Assembly (NCBI GenBank): GCA_910577795.1
Contig: CAJTNW010000006.1
Coordinates: 1-59,354 of the forward strand
Origin: an uncultured Christensenella sp.
GTDB lineage: Bacteria > Bacillota > Clostridia > Christensenellales > UBA3700
DNA: 59,354 bases
Direction: 5' to 3'
The notes beneath the pieces were generated by a model that saw nothing but the letters and a program-made list of their open reading frames with translations, ran no database searches and was not told the origin of the DNA. This document shows, in pieces, positions 57,428 through 59,354 of this stretch. Made by a program: the position numbers and the translations under genes. The first letter of the stretch is position 1. Each line of letters begins with the position of its first letter.

Positions 57428-58377
57428 GCGAATTACACAATAAAGAAATGCGTCAAGTGTATGTAGATAACTTGATTAAATATTCTAAAGTTGACAGAAG
57501 AATTGTTGTGCTTGAAGCAGACCTTATGAATTGTATTGGCACAGCAAAATTTAAAGAGGCTTTTCCAAGACGTTTTATAAATTGCGGTATTGCAGAAAGC
57601 AATATGATAGGTGTTGCTGCTGGACTTGCAAGTTGTGGAAAACTACCTTTCTGCTCTTCTTTCAGTCCATTTGCAACAAGAAGATGCTATGACCAAATTG
57701 CTGTAAGTGTTGGTTATACAAAACAAAATGTTAAAATAGTTGGTACTGACCCTGGTATTATGGCACAAGTTAATGGTGGTACTCACATGAGTTTTGAAGA
57801 CGTTGCCCTAATGACTCAAGTACCAGATATGATAGTTGTAGAGCCTTGTGACTGCGTTTGTCTTGACAAGTTATTCCCTCAAATTATTAACTCTGACAAA
57901 CCTATGTATATTAGACTTCAAAGAAAAAAGACTCCTGCTATATATGATGACAATGCAAAAATTGACCTTTTTAAAGCAAACACTGTTGTAGAAGGTAAAG
58001 ACTTAACTATTATTGCATGTGGTATAATGGTTCATCGTGCAATTACTGCATCATTACTTTTAAAGAAGGAAGGCATAAATGCCAAAGTTATAGCACTTCA
58101 TACTTACAAACCTCTTGACACTGAAACCATTTTGAATGCTTGCAAGGAGACTGGTGCAGTTGTAACTTGTGAAAACCATCATTTAATAGGTGGACTTGGC
58201 TCTGAAGTTGCTGCACTACTTATGCAAAATGATGTACTTGTACCTATGGCAAGAGTTGGTATTGGTGATAGATATGGCGAAGTTGGTAAAGAAGCATATC
58301 TTGCGGAAATAATGAATCTTACAGAAAAAGATATTTTTGAAAAAGCAAAAGAAGTTTTTGCAAGAAAAACAAAATAA
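57424..58377 (+). CDS. Transketolase, C-terminal (pyrimidine-binding) subunit
   Basis: MSELHNKEMRQ...CGIAESNMIGVAAGLA. ATGA overlap with the N-terminal subunit. GGGGAGG RBS. Confidence 0.92.
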   Translation: MSELHNKEMRQVYVDNLIKYSKVDRRIVVLEADLMNCIGTAKFKEAFPRRFINCGIAESNMIGVAAGLASCGKLPFCSSFSPFATRRCYDQIAVSVGYTKQNVKIVGTDPGIMAQVNGGTHMSFEDVALMTQVPDMIVVEPCDCVCLDKLFPQIINSDKPMYIRLQRKKTPAIYDDNAKIDLFKANTVVEGKDLTIIACGIMVHRAITASLLLKKEGINAKVIALHTYKPLDTETILNACKETGAVVTCENHHLIGGLGSEVAALLMQNDVLVPMARVGIGDRYGEVGKEAYLAEIMNLTEKDIFEKAKEVFARKTK

Positions 58378-58400
58378 ATTAAACATTTTAAAATTAAGTA

Positions 58401-58431
58401 AAAATAACCGCTAAACTTGCGGTTATTTTTA
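58401..58431. terminator. Bidirectional terminator between tkt (+) and the nucleotidyltransferase gene (-)
   Basis: ATAACCGC (58404-58411) / GCGGTTAT (58419-58426), flanked by an A-run and a T-run. Confidence 0.8.
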
Positions 58432-58434
58432 TTT

Positions 58435-58453
58435 TAATACCGATTTTTGATAG
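58435..58453 (+). repeat. Full-length copy of the polar motif TAATACCGATTTTTGATAG (intergenic)
   Basis: Exact 19-mer, identical to 6875-6893. Confidence 0.9.
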
Positions 58454-58465
58454 AGTTTTTGCAAA

Positions 58466-59176
58466 TTAAAAAGATATACCAAAAGATTCTGGACTTAATG
58501 CGACTTCGTTATTAGTCAAATAATATGATGATAATGTTCCAATATCTGACCAATATTCTTTCATTACATATGCTTTCATCTCGTCAAGAATGTCAGGAAA
58601 AAAGTCTCTTGAAAAATCAAATTTACCATCTGGTATGTTTGCTAAAATCTTTTTTTCTATCATATACATACCAGTATTTACAAACTTTTCCTTACTTTTT
58701 TCGGGTTTTTCAATAAAACTTAAAATGTCTCCATCTTCGTCAAACTTAACTACTCCAAAACCTTTAACGTCCTCTAGTTCCTTAACTACCATTGTAATTG
58801 CCTTTGGGTGTGTTGCATGATACCTTGCAACCTCATACAAATTTATATTAGTAAAACTATCACCACTAATTACTAAAAATGACTGGTGCAACATATCATA
58901 AACTGCCTTTACACTACCTGCTGTGCCTAAAGGAGTATCTTCAATGTTATATCTTATTTTTACACCATAGCGACTACCATCACCTAAGTAGGACATAATT
59001 TCATCTGGTTTATATCCTAATGTAATAATAATATCATCAAATCCATATTTTTTTAAATGCTTTACAATATACTCAATAACTGGTTGGTCAATTATTGGCA
59101 CCATTGGTTTTGGGATAACATTTGTAAGCGGTCTAAGCCTAGTGCCATAGCCTCCCGCCATAATAACTGCTTGCAT
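58466..59176 (-). CDS. Sugar-phosphate nucleotidyltransferase (NTP_transferase domain, RmlA/ManC-like)
   Basis: MQAVIMAGGYGTRLRPLT...IPKPMVPI, 236 aa from the ATG at 59176 (GAGAGG RBS). Confidence 0.85.
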   Translation of the reverse strand: MQAVIMAGGYGTRLRPLTNVIPKPMVPIIDQPVIEYIVKHLKKYGFDDIIITLGYKPDEIMSYLGDGSRYGVKIRYNIEDTPLGTAGSVKAVYDMLHQSFLVISGDSFTNINLYEVARYHATHPKAITMVVKELEDVKGFGVVKFDEDGDILSFIEKPEKSKEKFVNTGMYMIEKKILANIPDGKFDFSRDFFPDILDEMKAYVMKEYWSDIGTLSSYYLTNNEVALSPESFGISF

Positions 59177-59282
59177 ATACACCTCTCTTTTTAATTAGTG
59201 TATATATACTTTCCAATATTATACAATTTTAAATTAAAAAACTTTTAACATATTTGTAAAAACATATTTTTATTTACTTTTC

Positions 59283-59320
59283 AAACAAAAGAGAATGGCA
59301 ATATCCATTCTCTTTTGTTT
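59283..59320. terminator. Strong hairpin terminator at the window edge (probably for a minus-strand gene beyond the window)
   Basis: 16-bp perfect stem AAACAAAAGAGAATGG / CCATTCTCTTTTGTTT. Confidence 0.7.
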
Positions 59321-59354
59321 TATTTTAGTAGAATAATTCTATAGATATCTTGTT

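Noticed and set aside
1-59354. Alternative genetic code (TGA=Trp, Mollicutes-like), suggested by the very low GC
   Set aside because: Conserved genes terminate at TGA at the expected positions (for example leuB, the radical SAM gene and the transketolase N-subunit). There are no in-frame TGAs interrupting conserved proteins, so the standard code 11 fits.
1-59354. Search for CRISPR arrays, IS elements/transposases, integrases, phage genes, toxin-antitoxin or defence systems, and rRNA/tRNA genes
   Set aside because: None seen. There are no regularly spaced direct repeats, no transposase- or integrase-like ORFs, and no cloverleaf-capable GC-rich segments. The window is core housekeeping DNA.

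Overview
This is a 59.4-kb, visibly AT-rich chromosomal segment (roughly 30% GC by eye) of a low-GC Gram-positive, Clostridia-like bacterium. It uses the standard code 11 and has spmA/spmB, rpsD inside the alpha operon and a split transketolase. About 75 CDS are present, most on the minus strand, and nearly all are core housekeeping genes.

**Gene content, in coordinate order:**
- An AEC-family transporter.
- A thiamine supercluster in three transcription units:
  - a TPP riboswitch controlling thiD-thiC-HAD;
  - a compact non-TPP leader controlling thiS-thiF-thiG-thiH-tenI;
  - an unregulated pair of a DUF5596/GNAT-like gene and thiE.
- Two lipoprotein genes.
- A metG-tatD-radical SAM-rsmA operon.
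- spmAB.
- Small membrane proteins and an ACT/UPF0210 pair.
- leuABCD and an MFS transporter.
- The complete S10-spc-alpha ribosomal protein supercluster, rpsJ through rplQ, including secY-adk-map-infA-rpmJ-rpoA.
- A lipoprotein and an MGMT-family protein.
- A THF riboswitch controlling folT.
- gap and an M29 aminopeptidase.
- A MarR regulator with a heterodimeric ABC exporter.
- A pseudouridine synthase, a polysaccharide deacetylase, the split transketolase and a sugar nucleotidyltransferase.

I saw no rRNA, tRNA, CRISPR array, IS element or prophage.

**Most unusual signal:** the motif CGATTTTTGA(TAG), with intergenic consensus TAATACCGATTTTTGATAG, is strongly over-represented and completely strand-polar.
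- At least 11 exact core copies occur, all on the + strand, about one per 5 kb.
- They lie in intergenic DNA and in coding DNA in two different reading frames.
- The motif matches no polar or uptake motif that I know.

**Other points worth a second look:**
- a candidate HMP-PP (thiS-motif) terminator-embedded riboswitch;
- structured leaders ahead of rpsJ and rpsM;
- a TatD-associated radical SAM gene translationally coupled to rsmA;
- phased palindromes upstream of tkt;
- atypical ribosomal proteins: a Zn-knuckle L24, an insertion-bearing L17, and Lys/Ala-rich tails.

All calls come from reading the sequence and the translations. No database search or covariance-model scan was possible.
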